64,000 bases of DNA from an uncultured delta proteobacterium (GCA_963789395.1 CAWBKP010000004.1:74503-138502); one strand, 5' to 3'. Shown: positions 1 through 12,885, numbered from the stretch's first letter. Translations and numbers: made by a program. Notes: a model not told the origin generated them from the sequence alone.

Positions 1-90
1 TGAAACAACAGGCTTGTTTGAACAGGCTTTCACGGGTTGTTCATAACGGTCATTTTTGTTAACAAGCGGTCAGCAGATAGCGGGAAATTG

Positions 91-1356
91 ATGAAATTTA
101 TTGCCGATTTACATGTTCACTCGCGGTTTTCACGGGCAACAGCCAGAAACCTGGATATAGAGCTTTTGTATATGGCAGCCCAACTGAAAGGAATAACCGT
201 TGTCGCCACAGGTGACATTACCCATCCAAAATGGTTTGCGGAAATCAGCGAAAAACTTGAACCGGCTGAACCGGGTTTGTATCGACTGAATAAAGACAGT
301 GAAAAAAACTGTGATAAACAGGTTCCGCTATCCTGCCGCGGGGCGGTCAGGTTTATGTTGAATTCAGAAATAAGCTGTATTTATAAAAAAAAGGGAAAAA
401 CACGGAAAAACCACAATCTGGTTTTTTTTCCGGATCTGGCGGTTGCCGAATCCTTTAACCGGAAACTGGCGGAAATCGGAAATATCGTTTCGGACGGCAG
501 GCCCATATTGGGCATGGATGCCAGAAACCTTCTTGAAATGCTTCTTGAAACCAGTGATCAGGCATTTCTGGTTCCCGCCCATATATGGACCCCCTGGTTT
601 TCGCTTCTGGGATCCAAATCAGGTTTTGACTCCCTGAAAGACTGTTTTGAGGATCTGAGCCAGTATGTTTTTGCGGTTGAAACCGGACTTTCTTCAAATC
701 CCGATATGAACCGGCGGGTATCCTTTCTGGACGGGCTGACCCTGATATCCAATTCAGATGCCCATTCACCCGATAAACTGGGGAGGGAAGCCAATATTTT
801 CAATACCGAACTGTCCTATTTCGACATAATAAACTCACTGAAGGACAGAGAGTCGCGGACATTTTTGGGAACATACGAATTTTATCCCGAGGAAGGAAAA
901 TATTTTTTTGACGGTCATCGGAGCTGCGGCATATGTTTCAGTCCGCAACTGAGCCAGAGCAGCGGCGGAATTTGTCCGGTTTGCGGCAAACCCCTTACAA
1001 TAGGGGTTATGAACCGGGTTGAAGAATTATGTGACAGAAGAGAAGGTGAAAAACCGCTGGATACCCCGCCATTTTATTCAATCATTCCCCTGAAGGAAAT
1101 GTTATCGGAAATTTTGCAAGTCGGCAGCGGTTCCATAAACGTGATGCGTCACTATCAGCAGGCGCTTCAGGTTCTGGGTCCGGAATTGGCCATCCTGGAT
1201 TCAATTGATTTATCGGAGATTGAAGCCGCCGGCATGCCGATGCTGAAAGAAGCGGTTAAAAGAATGCGCGAAGGCAGGATAAAAATTGCTCCGGGGTATG
1301 ATGGTGAATTTGGGAAAATCAAAATTTTTACGGAAGACGAAACGAAACAGTTCTAA
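91..1356 (+). CDS. Endonuclease Q family protein (PHP domain + Zn ribbon, TIGR00375-like)
   Basis: ADLHVHSRFSRAT, PAHIWTPW, ETGLSS, SNSDAHS and DGHRSC..CPVCGKPLTIGV motifs. Confidence 0.85.
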   Translation: MKFIADLHVHSRFSRATARNLDIELLYMAAQLKGITVVATGDITHPKWFAEISEKLEPAEPGLYRLNKDSEKNCDKQVPLSCRGAVRFMLNSEISCIYKKKGKTRKNHNLVFFPDLAVAESFNRKLAEIGNIVSDGRPILGMDARNLLEMLLETSDQAFLVPAHIWTPWFSLLGSKSGFDSLKDCFEDLSQYVFAVETGLSSNPDMNRRVSFLDGLTLISNSDAHSPDKLGREANIFNTELSYFDIINSLKDRESRTFLGTYEFYPEEGKYFFDGHRSCGICFSPQLSQSSGGICPVCGKPLTIGVMNRVEELCDRREGEKPLDTPPFYSIIPLKEMLSEILQVGSGSINVMRHYQQALQVLGPELAILDSIDLSEIEAAGMPMLKEAVKRMREGRIKIAPGYDGEFGKIKIFTEDETKQF

Positions 1357-1574
1357 ATCAAAAACAAAAAAGGATTTTCCACCCAAACCCCACCACGACG
1401 CCCCCAAATTGAAAAAGACAGGAGTTGTTTGACTTTTTACGAAAATATAAGTATTTATGCTCCAATAAGAGTAAGGTCCATTTTGGAATTTTATCTAAAA
1501 CACAAAAAAAGTCTATAATAAAAACAGGTTATATAATAATAACATATTTTCTGTTTTTTTTTGTTATTGCGGAA

Positions 1575-1971
1575 ATGATAGAAGAAAACGTTATTAAGCA
1601 CAATTGATCTTGAAAACGGGCTATCAATTTCAATTTTTGATGAATCAAAAAAAATTGCAGCAGACAGATGGCAGGTCAACGTGACGGCCAGAATGATAAT
1701 TGTGACGGATAAAGTGCAGTTTACCCGAATGGATCCGGAAAAAAGACTTGAAATATTACAGGTAGTCGGCGAACAGATTCATTATGAAAAAAAACTCACG
1801 CGTAATTTTGTTGATGAGAAACATAAGGAGGAAATAATTAAAGCCCTGTATGAATCGTTTTTGCAAATTACCAGGCCGTATTTTTCTCACAGTCAGTTTG
1901 CAGAACGATTTGTTCTTAAATCCTACGCCGATTCTCTGGAAAAACGCAAATGGGTGAAAAGCTGGATGTAA
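1575..1971 (+). CDS. Conserved hypothetical protein (probable frameshift near 1600)
   Basis: ORF 1681..1971 extends upstream in frame (LENGLSISIFDESKKIAADRW); ATG at 1575 is in another frame. Confidence 0.45.
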
Positions 1972-1993
1972 CCTGTTAGCGAAAGGAGAAATA

Positions 1994-2623
1994 ATGAAAT
2001 ATATACAGAAAAATAGTTGGATAAGGTTATTATATACAGTTTTTACAATATTCATTTTTATTCCCTCTGCCGGCGCCGATATATACATGTTCAAAGACAC
2101 CAGTGGCGTTCGTCATTTTACAAATGTTCCCGCGTCTCCGAAATATCGTCTGTACCTGAAAAGTACCCCCAACAAATATTTTGAATCCAGCCTGGGGGAG
2201 AAATTCTCTACAAACATCGATCCCGATCAATATGATCAACTCATCCTGAAAGCGTCCATCACGCATGATGTTGACTTTTCGTTGTTGAAATCCATTATCA
2301 AGGTGGAATCCAATTTTGATTGTTTCGCGGTTTCCCAGAAAGGGGCAAAAGGACTGATGCAGATCATGCCGCAGAATTTTTCATTTCTGAATATCAGAAA
2401 TCCCTTTGATCCCGAGCAGAATATCATGGGCGGAGCGCTTTATTTCAAACAAATGCTTGAAAAATTCAACAAAATAGAATTGGCGCTTGCCGCCTACAAT
2501 GCCGGACCCAACACCGTAGACAAGTATAACGGCATTCCACCGATTTCGGAAACAAAAGGATATGTCAAGCGGGTGATGTCCCATTACAAAAACATGTCCG
2601 GCAGCAAAAAGAAGTCGGTATAG
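1994..2623 (+). CDS. Lytic transglycosylase (SLT domain, DUF4124-like N-terminus, signal peptide)
   Basis: IKVESNF, GAKGLMQIMP and ALAAYNAG motifs; ADIYMFKD..HFTN N-terminus. Confidence 0.9.
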   Translation: MKYIQKNSWIRLLYTVFTIFIFIPSAGADIYMFKDTSGVRHFTNVPASPKYRLYLKSTPNKYFESSLGEKFSTNIDPDQYDQLILKASITHDVDFSLLKSIIKVESNFDCFAVSQKGAKGLMQIMPQNFSFLNIRNPFDPEQNIMGGALYFKQMLEKFNKIELALAAYNAGPNTVDKYNGIPPISETKGYVKRVMSHYKNMSGSKKKSV

Positions 2624-2676
2624 AAGGGAGTGGGGGTTTATTGACGGCATGATTGTGGTAAGAATGATATGGCAAG

Positions 2677-4708
2677 ATGAAACAAGATGAAAAAACCGCT
2701 TTCCAACACTGGCTTCTGTCAGATCCGCTCCTGAAGCCTTACCAGCCCATACTCTTCCGCCGGTTTAATCAGCGCCTGGAAAAAAAAAAGAAATCATAAA
2801 AAATCACGGATCTCTTTATGATTTCTCCGCTTCCCACACCTGTTTTGGTCTTCACCATGAAAAAGACAACTGGGTTTTCCGGGAATGGGCACCGGCGGCA
2901 ACTCAACTTTTTTTTATCGGTGATCTAACGCGGATGGGCGGAAAAAAAAGAATTTCAGCTTGCCCGAATCCGTCCGGAAGGAATATGGGAACTCCATATT
3001 CCACGGGAAAGACTCCATCACGGAGAGTTATACCGGCTTCGGGTTCACTGGCAAGACGGAAACGGCGATCGCATCCCCTCCCATGCCGTCAGGGTTGTTC
3101 AGGATCCGGCCACGCTGATTTTTAATGCCCAGGTCTGGGAACCGGAAACGCGCTACCACTGGAAAACACCCAAGACAGAAAACAAAGACCCCCTGCTGAT
3201 TTATGAAGCCCATGTGGGAATGGCCCAGGATGCGGAAAAAGTCGGCTCGTTCAGGGAATTTACCGACAACATTATCCCGAGAATTGCCAAAGCCGGCTAC
3301 AATACCATTCAGTTGATGGCCATTCAGGAACATCCCTATTACGGATCATTCGGATATCAGGTCTCCAGTTTTTTTGCCGTGTCTTCCCGGTTCGGGACAC
3401 CGGATGAGTTTAAGGAGCTGATTGATACGGCGCATGGCGTGGGGCCTGAAGGTCATCATGGATTTGATTCATTCCCATGCGGTCATGAACGAGGTGGAAG
3501 GCCTCAGTCGTTTTGACGGCTCCTTATACCAGTATTTTCACGACGGCCCCAAAGGGTTTCACCCTGCCTGGAATTCCCGATGCTTTGATTACCGGAAAAC
3601 GGAAGTTCTGTCGTTTCTGCTGTCCAACTGCCGGTTCTGGCTGGAAGAATATCGACTGGACGGATTTCGTTTTGATGGGGTAACCAGCATGATATATGAT
3701 CACCATGGTCTGGGCAAGGCATTTACCGGGTATCCCGACTATTTCGATGAAACGGTGGATGAAGATGCACTGAGCTATCTTTGGCTGGCAAACGCGCTGA
3801 TTCATGATATCAATCCCGATGCCGTCACCATCGCGGAAGAAGTCAGCGGGATGCCCGGGCTTGCGGTACCGGTGTCAGCAGGCGGCATCGGATTTGACTA
3901 TCGGTTTGCAATGGGTATCCCCGATTACTGGATACGGCTCACAAAGGAGTATCCGGATGAAGCCTGGCCGATCGGCCAGTTATGGTTTGAGTTGACCAAC
4001 CGCAGGCAGGATGAAAAAACCATCAGCTATGCGGAATCTCACGATCAGGCGCTGGTGGGAGACCAGACCCTGATTTTCAGGCTGGCGGGTTCGGACATGT
4101 ATGGCGCAATGTCCAGAAACCACAAGGACGATCTCCGGGTGGACCGGGGCATGGCCATTCACCGACTGATCCGCTTCATAACGCTGATTACCGCGGGCAG
4201 CGGGTATCTGAATTTCATGGGAAATGAATTCGGACATCCGGAGTGGATTGATTTTCCCCGTGAAGGAAACAACTGGTCCTACCGGTTTGCCAGACGCCAG
4301 TGGCATCTGGTGGATGACCCGGAGTTGCGATATCACTTTCTGGCCTGTTTTGACCGGGAAATGATCGCCCTGGCCAAGGCCTTCCGGCTGCTTGAAGCTT
4401 CTCACATAAGGCTTTGTTATGAGCACAACGATGATAAAGTCATGGCGATTGCGCGGGCCGGCCTGCTTTTTGTGTTCAATTTTCATCCCCAGCGCTCGTT
4501 CAGTGACTACCCTATCCCGTTTATGCCCGGAAAATATCAGATGATATTTAACAGCGATTTACGCGAATTCGGCGGACATGACCGGTTACAGCCCGGCCAG
4601 GTGCATTTTGCCCGGCAGCAATCCGCAAGTGGCGGGGCATCTCATTTCATCAGCCTGTATTTACCTTCCAGAACCGCCCTGGTGCTTCAAAGCGTTGATA
4701 CGCGCTAA
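2677..4708 (+). CDS. glgB: 1,4-alpha-glucan branching enzyme (GH13), split by several frameshifts
   Basis: IYEAHVGMA, QLMAIQEHPYYGSFGYQV, DGFRFDGVTSM, YAESHDQ and LNFMGNEFGHPEWIDFPR spread over consecutive frames. Confidence 0.88.
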
Positions 4709-4785
4709 AATCTTTTCTTGTCGGGACCGGCGAACCGGACCGAAAAAACCTTTCAGAAAACGGATAAAATAAAACGGGAGACAAC

Positions 4786-5820
4786 ATGAAAATAGGCATT
4801 ATCGGCTGTCCGGGATCAGGGAAAACCACGGTTTTTGAAGCCCTGACCCGAAGCCTTTCGCAACCGGCCGGAAAAGCGGAACCGCGAATCGGAACCCTTC
4901 AGGTTCCGGATGCGCGGGTGGATGCATTGCACCGGATGTATCTGCCGCGCAAAACCATTTATGCACAGATCGAATATTTTCTGCCCGGAAAATCGCCTGC
5001 CAAAAAAGATGCCGGAAAAGAACAGAGCGCGTGGTCCCAGGTGCGGGACTGCGATGCGATTATTCTGGTTATCCGGAATTTCACGGGCATGGGCGGAGAA
5101 CTTCCCCGGCAGGTGTTCGAATTTCAAAGTATCAACCAGGAGTTGATGCTTTCCGATCAGGTTGTTGTGGAAAAACGTCTGGAACGCCTGGAAACCGATA
5201 AAAAACGCGGCAAGAAAACCGACATGGAAGAGCTGACCCTGATCACGCAATGCCTGAAACACCTGGAAAATGAAATCCCGCTGCGAAAAATACCGGAGCT
5301 GGCCGAAGCGCCGGCATTAAGGGGGTTTGCATTCATGTCCGCCAAGCCCATGATGGTCTTGTTCAACAACGCCGATGACGACGATGCCATGCCGGATCTT
5401 CCCGGGGTGGTTTCAGCGGAACAGTGCATGGTCATCAAGGCAAAGCTGGAGCAGGAACTGATTCGCATGTCGGAAGAAGAAGCCAGGGAATTTCTGGCGG
5501 AATTCAATATCGAGGCATCGGCAATGGATCGCGTGATTCAGATGTCCTACAGCCTGCTGGGGCTGATGTCTTTTTTTACCGTCGGCGAAGACGAAGTCCG
5601 GGCCTGGACCATACATCGGGGAACATCGGCTCTGGATGCAGCCGAAGTCATTCATTCCGATATCAAAAAAGGGTTCATTCGCGCGGAAACCATCTCATAT
5701 ACGGATTTGATGGCTGCCGGAAACCAGGCAGAGGCCCGCAAACGCGGAACATTTCGACTGGAAGGAAAAACCTATGTGGTTCAGGATGGGGACATTATCA
5801 ATTTCCGGTTCAATGTCTGA
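4786..5820 (+). CDS. YchF/Ola1-like OBG-family ATPase (DUF933/TGS C-terminus), divergent P-loop
   Basis: GCPGSGKTT; FFTVGEDEVRAWT, IHSDIKKGFIRAE and RLEGKTYVVQDGDIINFRFNV. Confidence 0.85.
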   Translation: MKIGIIGCPGSGKTTVFEALTRSLSQPAGKAEPRIGTLQVPDARVDALHRMYLPRKTIYAQIEYFLPGKSPAKKDAGKEQSAWSQVRDCDAIILVIRNFTGMGGELPRQVFEFQSINQELMLSDQVVVEKRLERLETDKKRGKKTDMEELTLITQCLKHLENEIPLRKIPELAEAPALRGFAFMSAKPMMVLFNNADDDDAMPDLPGVVSAEQCMVIKAKLEQELIRMSEEEAREFLAEFNIEASAMDRVIQMSYSLLGLMSFFTVGEDEVRAWTIHRGTSALDAAEVIHSDIKKGFIRAETISYTDLMAAGNQAEARKRGTFRLEGKTYVVQDGDIINFRFNV

Positions 5821-6190
5821 ACAGCCAGGGGATCAGCCCCAGGCGTCACTCACCTGGTGGATACTGGACGCAAATACCCTTCCATTTAAAAGCAGTTCAA
5901 AAACATGAATCGCCTAATAAACATACAATAACAACAGGTTAATCTCTCAATAAAAGAAGGTGAAGCGAGAAGTTCATTTTTTTGAACCTGCCTGAAAACG
6001 GTATTACATGAGAAATCAGAAAGTTAAAAAAAATCGAAAAAAACCGGGTTTATGGTTTTGAACATTTCCGGTTGTCCGTGCCCTGCCGGCAACCCCCGTT
6101 TTGAAAAGCGCGGTTTTTTGATAAAAATAACCAACTGATTTTTATGAGAAAAACAAAATAGAATAAAAATATTTCCAAAATATCCGTTTT

Positions 6191-6206
6191 TGGCAAAGAG
6201 TTTGCA
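6191..6206 (+). promoter_or_regulatory. Sigma-54 -24/-12 promoter candidate
   Basis: TGGCAAAGAGTTTGCA with GG-N10-GC spacing, preceded by a long AT-rich intergenic region. Confidence 0.6.
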
Positions 6207-6216
6207 TTACCTCAAG

Positions 6217-6293
6217 TCAAACCTAATAATTTCTTCATCTTTTTCCTCCTTTAAAATGGCTGGCCGGGGCGTTCCCGGCCAGCCATTTTTTTT
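6217..6293 (+). ncRNA. Putative ~75-nt sigma-54-dependent small RNA
   Basis: Lies between the sigma-54 promoter and a + strand terminator, has no ORF, contains anti-SD-like TTCCTCCTTT. Confidence 0.4.
6253..6293 (+). terminator. Rho-independent terminator
   Basis: AAAATGGCTGGCCGGG-gcgt-..CCCGGCCAGCCATTTTTTTT hairpin with T tract. Confidence 0.8.
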
Positions 6294-6317
6294 GTCCGTA
6301 TCAAAACAGCCTGGACA

Positions 6318-8274
6318 TTAATCCTCCTGAAGCGCTTTCAGATCGGCAAAAAAATCCAGCGCCTGAGGATTGCTCAGGGCATCCTTGTTTTTAACCGGCT
6401 GATTCTGAATGACTTTTTTGACGGCCAGCTCCACTTTCTTCATGTTCAGGGTATAGGGAATGGCCGGAACCTCAATGATCTTGGCCGGAACGTGTCTGGG
6501 CGAAGCATTGGCCCGGATCACCTGACGGATTTTCTGCATGAGCGCCTCCGTCAGACTGTGGCCGGCCATCATTTTAACAAAGAGGATCACGCGGACATCG
6601 TTTTTCCAGTCCTGGCCGATGACCAGGCTGTCCTCGATTTCTTCCAGCTGCTCCACCTGACGGTATATTTCCGCGGTTCCGATGCGAACCCCGCCCGGAT
6701 TCAGCGTGGCATCCGACCTGCCGTAAATCGTGACCCCGCCCCGGTCGTTGATTTCAATAAAATCGCCATGGCGCCAGACATTGGGGTAAACATCAAAATA
6801 TGCGGAATGGTATTTTTTCCCGTCCGGATCTTCCCAGAAATAAATGGGCATGGATGGAAACGCTGCGGTGCAGACCAGCTCACCCTGCTGCCCGATAACG
6901 GGGTTGCCGTCGCTGTCGAATGCCTCCACTTTCATGGCCAGGCCCCGGCACTGAAGCTCTCCGGCATAAACCGGGTCCATGGGATTTCCCAGGGCAAAAC
7001 ACCCGTTCAGATCAGAGCCTCCGGAAATGGAGGCAAGCTGAAGATCGCTTTTTACGGCATCGTAAATAAATTGAAAGCCTTCGACGGCAAGGGGCGATCC
7101 GGTGGAGAGAACCGCCCGAAGCGGCGTCAGGTCAAAGCGGTTTTTCGGAACAACACCGGTGTTCTGAAGGGCGGAAATATATCCGGCGCTGGTTCCGAAC
7201 ACCGTGATTTTTTCATCCTGAGCCATTTCCCACAGCGCTCCGGGCTCGGGGTGAAACGGGTTGCCGTCATAAAGGACCAGGGCTGCGCCGCTGGCAAGGC
7301 CGCTGACGAGCCAGTTCCACATCATCCAGCCGCAGGTCGTAAAATAAAACATCACATCCTCTCGTTTCAAATCCACATGCAGGACGTGCTCTTTGAGATG
7401 GTGCAGCAAAATACCGCCGGCGCTCTGCACCATGCATTTGGGAAGGCCGGTTGTGCCGGACGAATACATGATATACAGGGGATGGTCGAACGGCAGCTGG
7501 GCAAAGGTGATTTCCGGAACCGCCCCGGAGGATCGAAACTCCCGGTAATGCACGGCATTGGGAATAGTGCCGATATCCGGATCTGTTTCGGTATAGGGAA
7601 TCACCACCACTTTTTCGATGGAAGGCAGCGCTTTCAGGATGCCGGAGATGCGCTCCAGGCAATCCATGGCCTTTCCCTTGAACCAGTAGCCGTTTGCCGT
7701 AAAGAGCACTTTGGGCTTGATCTGCCCGAAGCGGTCCAGAACGCCCTTGATGCCGAAATCCGGGGAACACGACGACCAGACGGCGCCCAGGCTGGTTGCC
7801 GCCAGCATGGCGACAATGGCCTGGGGCATGTTGGGAACAAAGCCCACCACGCGGTCTCCGGGGGTGATGCCCGCGGCTTTCAGGGAAGCGGCGACCCTGT
7901 GCCACTTCCTCATAGAGCTGGGCATAAGTGGTTCGGGTGGAAGGCTGCCCTTCTCCTTTGAATATGAGCGCGGTGCGCTCATCGCGATACCGGAGCAGAT
8001 TCTCGGCAAAATTCAGTCTGGCGCCGGCAAACCAGCTGGCTCCCGGCATTTTTTTGGGATCGTCCACCACCGCGGTATACGGCGCGGACGCTTTGATTTG
8101 CACAAACTCCCAGAGCAGCGCCCAGAACTCCGGAATGTGGTCAATAGACCACTGGTAGAGCTCCGCGTATTGCGTAAACCGTTTTCCATGCCGCTCATTG
8201 ACGGCATGCATGAACCGGAACATGTTCGTTTTCCGGATACGTTCCTCCGAGGGTTTCCATAACATTTTGCCCAT
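6318..8274 (-). CDS. Acetoacetate--CoA ligase (acetoacetyl-CoA synthetase), frameshift near 7905
   Basis: MGKMLWKPS N-terminus, YSSGTTGLPK, FTTCGWMMWNWL and GRSDATLNPGGVRIG. Confidence 0.88.
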
Positions 8275-8408
8275 GGGTGTCTTCCTTTTTGTGTTGGTGT
8301 CTAAATCATTTGAATTTCTTTGCAATTTGATTTATGGAGAGAAAAATGAAATCATTTCATAATGGATAATTCATAAACTTTCAAATTAAAAATCCTCCCT
8401 TTCCGCAT

Positions 8409-10511
8409 ATGACACCGAAACAGCCCGAAAATGCAGTTGTGAATGAGAGCAGGCAGGCTGAGGCGCGGATATTTGCCTCTGAACAGCTGTTGAATCTCAT
8501 CCTGAATTCCATACAGCTCGGCGTGGTGATCATCGACGCCAGCACCCGCGTCATATCCGATGTCAATCAATATGCGGCCGAGCTGATCGGTCTTTCCAGG
8601 GAACGCATCACTGGAAAAGACTGCCGGCAGTTTTTCTGTCCGGCGCTGTCGGGCGAGTGTCCGGTTGACGGAACCGACCGCAAAACAGACAGCTCGGAGC
8701 AGCTGCTGAAGCGGGCCGACGGGCAGCTGCTGCCGATTCTGAAAAAAGAGACCGCCATTCAAATCCATCAGCGGGAATATCTTCTGGAAAGTTTTTGGGA
8801 CATCACCGAACAGGTTCGTGAAAAAGAGCAGCTGCTCAAGGCCAGGAATGCGGCGGAAAATGCGAATATGGCCAAAAGCGAATTTCTGGCCAATACCAGC
8901 CATGAGATCCGGACCCCCATGAACGGCATTATCGGCATGACGGGGCTGCTTCTGGACACCCGGCTGTCGGCCGAGCAGCGCGATTATGCCGAAACCATTC
9001 GCGGCAGCGCCGATGCGTTGATGGCCATCATCAACGCTATTCTGGATTTCTCCAAGATCGAAGCCGGAAAAATGGATCTGGAAATCCTGGATTTTGATCT
9101 TCGCGTCATGGTGGAAGAAGTGCAGGACCTGCTTTCCGCAAGGGCATTTGAAAAGGGGCTGGAACTGGCCTGTCTGGTGAACCACGACGTGCCGTCCCTG
9201 TTAAAGGGGGATCCGGGAAGGCTTCGCCAGGTGCTGATGAACCTTGCAGACAATGCCGTTAAATTCACGGAGACAGGGCAGGTCATTATCCGGGTCTCTC
9301 TCGACAGCGAAGCAGACACCTCGGTCACCGTCCGGTTCATGATTACGGATACCGGAATCGGCATTCCGGCGGATAAACAGCATCTGCTGTTTCAGTCTTT
9401 TTCGCAGGTGGATGCGTCCACCACCCGCCGATACGGCGGCACGGGCCTGGGGCTGGCCATTTCCAGGCGGATAGCGGAAATGATGAGCGGACAAATCGGC
9501 GTAGACAGCCGGGAAGGGGCGGGGGCCACGTTCTGGTTTACCGCCGAACTGGAAAAACAGACCGGCGGCGTAAAAAAAGAGCCGGTTCTTCCGGTGGATA
9601 TTCAGGGGCAGCGGATTCTGATCGTGGATGACAACCGGATAAACCGGCATATCCTCAGAGAGCAGCTGAAAAACTGGGCATGCATGGTTGAGGAGGCGGA
9701 GAACGGCCAGGATGCGTTGAAGCGGCTGCTTCAGGCTGCCGGCGACAATGCGCCGTTCAGCCTGGCGATCATCGACATGGTGATGCCGGAAATGGACGGC
9801 AAATCCCTGGGAAGAAAAATCAAGACAGACCCGCGGATTACCGATACAGCCATCGTGATGCTGACTTCCGCCGGCAGGCGCGGCGATGCGGAGCAGCTTC
9901 AGGACATCGGATTTTCAGCCTATCTCACCAAGCCGGTCAAACGGCTGCAACTGCATGACTGCCTGTCGACGGTTCTGGGAACGCCGCTGACGGTTGTCAA
10001 AAAGCCGGCCACTCCCATCGTGACCCGGCATTCCCTGTCCGAGGAGAAAAAGCGCGGCATCCGCATCCTTCTGGCCGAAGACAACCCGGTCAATCAGAAG
10101 GTTGCCCGGAAAATGCTGGAAAAATTCGGCTATGCTTCCCATACGGTCTCCAATGGCGTTGACGCCGTGAAAGCCCTCGGCAGGATTGACTATGACCTGG
10201 TTCTGATGGATGTGGAGATGCCGGAAATGAATGGAATGGATGCCACGGCCCGGATCCGCAGTCCCGAATCAACCGTCATCAATCACCGGGTTCCCGTGAT
10301 CGCCATGACGGCGCATGCCAAAAAAGGCGATCGGGAAAAATGCCTGGAAGCCGGGATGGACGATTACCTGTCCAAGCCGGTCAAGCCGCAGGAACTGCTG
10401 GATGTGGTGGAAAAATGGGTTCGGAAAATCACCCGGCGGGCATTGCGGCCCTCAGCTGCCGGTCATCTGTTTCAGAATCAGACAGGCATTGGTTCCCCCG
10501 AATCCGAATGA
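8409..10511 (+). CDS. Hybrid sensor histidine kinase (PAS-HisKA-HATPase-REC-REC)
   Basis: [25 protein letters not shown] and two receiver domains. Confidence 0.92.
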   Translation: MTPKQPENAVVNESRQAEARIFASEQLLNLILNSIQLGVVIIDASTRVISDVNQYAAELIGLSRERITGKDCRQFFCPALSGECPVDGTDRKTDSSEQLLKRADGQLLPILKKETAIQIHQREYLLESFWDITEQVREKEQLLKARNAAENANMAKSEFLANTSHEIRTPMNGIIGMTGLLLDTRLSAEQRDYAETIRGSADALMAIINAILDFSKIEAGKMDLEILDFDLRVMVEEVQDLLSARAFEKGLELACLVNHDVPSLLKGDPGRLRQVLMNLADNAVKFTETGQVIIRVSLDSEADTSVTVRFMITDTGIGIPADKQHLLFQSFSQVDASTTRRYGGTGLGLAISRRIAEMMSGQIGVDSREGAGATFWFTAELEKQTGGVKKEPVLPVDIQGQRILIVDDNRINRHILREQLKNWACMVEEAENGQDALKRLLQAAGDNAPFSLAIIDMVMPEMDGKSLGRKIKTDPRITDTAIVMLTSAGRRGDAEQLQDIGFSAYLTKPVKRLQLHDCLSTVLGTPLTVVKKPATPIVTRHSLSEEKKRGIRILLAEDNPVNQKVARKMLEKFGYASHTVSNGVDAVKALGRIDYDLVLMDVEMPEMNGMDATARIRSPESTVINHRVPVIAMTAHAKKGDREKCLEAGMDDYLSKPVKPQELLDVVEKWVRKITRRALRPSAAGHLFQNQTGIGSPESE

Positions 10512-11714
10512 GTTGGACATGGCGTAAGCCACGGTCTGTTTTCGCGCCTGATTGGGAACATAGTCCAGGTCGCACCCGGGTGACGGGTTGTCCAGATTCA
10601 GCGTGGGCGGAATCACGCCCTGCTGGATGGCCAGGGCGGTAAAAACAGCCTCGATGCCGCCGCCGCCTCCCAGAAGGTGCCCGGTCATGGATTTGGTCGC
10701 GCTGACGGCCAGCCGGTAGGCATGATCCTTGAACACGGTTTTGATGGCCATCGTTTCATACTCGTCATTCATCTGGGTGGAGGTACCGTGCGCGTTGATG
10801 TAATCGATTTCCGTCCCGCAAAGACCGGCATCCTTCAAGGCCGCCTGCATGCAGCGGGCCGCGCCTTCTCCGCCGGGTGCGGGCGCCGTCATGTGAAACG
10901 CATCGCCGCTCATGCCGTATCCCACCACCTCGGCATAGATTCTGGCGCCTCTTTCCAGCGCGGCATCGAGGGCTTCCAGTATCAGAATGCCGCTGCCTTC
11001 GCCGACGACAAACCCGTCTCTGCCGCTGTCAAACGGCCGTGAGGCTTTTTCCGGAGCGTCATTCCGGGTGGAAAGGGCCTTCATGGCGTTGAAGCCGGCA
11101 ATACAGGTCGGCGTGATGACCGATTCCATACCGCCGGTGATCATGGCGTCCGCGGCGCCTCTCTGGATGATTTTAAAGGCATCGCCGACAGCATGGGTTC
11201 CGGCGGCGCAGGCCGTGGCGACCGAGGCGTTGGGCCCCTTGGCCCCGAAGGTAATGGCGATCATCCCCGGCGCCATGTTGCCGATCATCATGGGGATAAA
11301 AAACGGACTGACCCGTCCGGGGCCTTTCAGATCGATGAGCCGGGCGGTGGTCTCGAGCACCGAAAGCCCTCCCAGACCGCACCCCGTCAACACCCCCACG
11401 CGTTCGGAATTCGAGCTGTCAATAGTCAATCCCGAGTCTTCCGTTGCCATGCGGGCCGCAGCCAGGGAGTAGGCGATGAACCGCTCGATTCGCCTGGCTT
11501 CTTTTTTCGGCAGAAACTCCTCGGGGTTAAAATTCTTGACTTCACCGGCAATTCGGGTTTCAAAACAGGAGGCGTCAAACCGGGTAATTTCTCCAATCCC
11601 GGATTTGCCGGCGCACAATGCCGACCAGGTCTCATCCCGGCCAATCCCAATCGGTGTTACCAGACCCACACCTGTTATCACAACCCTTCTGTTCAATGAA
11701 CCCTCCTTTTCCAA
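10452..11714 (-). CDS. fabF: 3-oxoacyl-ACP synthase II
   Basis: [28 protein letters not shown] and SNSFGFGG; adjacent to acpP. Confidence 0.95.
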   Translation of the reverse strand: MEKEGSLNRRVVITGVGLVTPIGIGRDETWSALCAGKSGIGEITRFDASCFETRIAGEVKNFNPEEFLPKKEARRIERFIAYSLAAARMATEDSGLTIDSSNSERVGVLTGCGLGGLSVLETTARLIDLKGPGRVSPFFIPMMIGNMAPGMIAITFGAKGPNASVATACAAGTHAVGDAFKIIQRGAADAMITGGMESVITPTCIAGFNAMKALSTRNDAPEKASRPFDSGRDGFVVGEGSGILILEALDAALERGARIYAEVVGYGMSGDAFHMTAPAPGGEGAARCMQAALKDAGLCGTEIDYINAHGTSTQMNDEYETMAIKTVFKDHAYRLAVSATKSMTGHLLGGGGGIEAVFTALAIQQGVIPPTLNLDNPSPGCDLDYVPNQARKQTVAYAMSNSFGFGGTNACLILKQMTGS

Positions 11715-11743
11715 TGCGAAACCCGATGCCGGGGCCCGGAAAA

Positions 11744-11971
11744 TCAGTGAGAATCGATAAAATTGATGGCGTCTTTGACGCGAACGATTTTTTCAGCGGC
11801 CTCATCTGAAATTTCAATGTCGAATTCTTCTTCCATGGACATGATCAGCTCCACCAGATCCAGCGAGTCCGCGCCCAGATCGTCTACAAAAGAGGCTTCC
11901 GGTACGACTTCACTCAGATCCACCCCGAGTTTTTCGGCAATGATTTTTTTGACTTTATCTTCAACAGACAT
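11744..11971 (-). CDS. acpP: Acyl carrier protein
   Basis: [14 protein letters not shown] motif. Confidence 0.97.
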   Translation of the reverse strand: MSVEDKVKKIIAEKLGVDLSEVVPEASFVDDLGADSLDLVELIMSMEEEFDIEISDEAAEKIVRVKDAINFIDSH

Positions 11972-12117
11972 GTTTCCTCCTTGATTATTATAATTAAAAA
12001 ATTGCAAAACACAGCAATTTCAATTTGATGGAAGTTGATATGCTGATATTCGGGCGTTGGTTTTTTGTTTCGAATTTCGATATTCGGATTGAGGGTGAAC
12101 AGCAAGGCAGTCCACCC

Positions 12118-12885
12118 TCACATGTACATTCCGCCGCTGACATGGATCACCTGACCGGTGATATAGGATGCGGCTTCGGAGGCCAGAAATACGACCACCG
12201 CCGTTACATCCTGCGGGTTGCCGAAGCGCCCCAGCGGGATCTGCTGCAGCATGGCCGCTTTGTTCTTGTCGGAAAGCGCTTCTGTCATGTCCGTTTCAAT
12301 ATATCCGGGCGCAACCGCATTCACGGTGATATTGCGGGAAGCCAGTTCCTTGGCGACGGCTTTGGTAAAACCGATCATTCCGGCTTTGGAAGCCGAATAA
12401 TTGGCCTGACCGGAATTTCCCGTGACCCCGACAACGGAGGTGATGTTGATAATCCGGCCGGAATGCTGTTTGATCATGGTTTTTGCGGCAAGTTTAGCGC
12501 AGAGAAACGCCCCTTTCAGGTTGACATCCATCACGCTGTCCCAGTCCGCGGCTTTCATGCGCACCAGAAGCCCGTCCCGGGTCATGCCGGCGTTATTGAC
12601 CAGGACATCGATCCGGCCGGTTTCAGACAGGATCCGCTGAAAAAAATCCGTCATCGCGGTCTCCGAGGCGATGTCGGCGCAAATGCCGGCAGCCGTCCCC
12701 CCGCACTCCCTGATGGCCGCTTCGGTTTCGGCCGCTGCCCGGCTGTTTGAGGCATAGTTGAAATAAACGGCTGCCTCGGGCCCTGCCAATGCCGTGCAGA
12801 TGGCTCTGCCGATGCCTCTTGAGCCGCCGGTGACCACGATGGTGCGTTTTTCAGTGCTGTCTGTCACGGTTGCCTCCGATTCCAC
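12118..12885 (-). CDS. fabG: 3-oxoacyl-ACP reductase
   Basis: TGGSRGIG, NNAG and YSASK; fab cluster context. Confidence 0.93.
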   Translation of the reverse strand: MESEATVTDSTEKRTIVVTGGSRGIGRAICTALAGPEAAVYFNYASNSRAAAETEAAIRECGGTAAGICADIASETAMTDFFQRILSETGRIDVLVNNAGMTRDGLLVRMKAADWDSVMDVNLKGAFLCAKLAAKTMIKQHSGRIINITSVVGVTGNSGQANYSASKAGMIGFTKAVAKELASRNITVNAVAPGYIETDMTEALSDKNKAAMLQQIPLGRFGNPQDVTAVVVFLASEAASYITGQVIHVSGGMYM

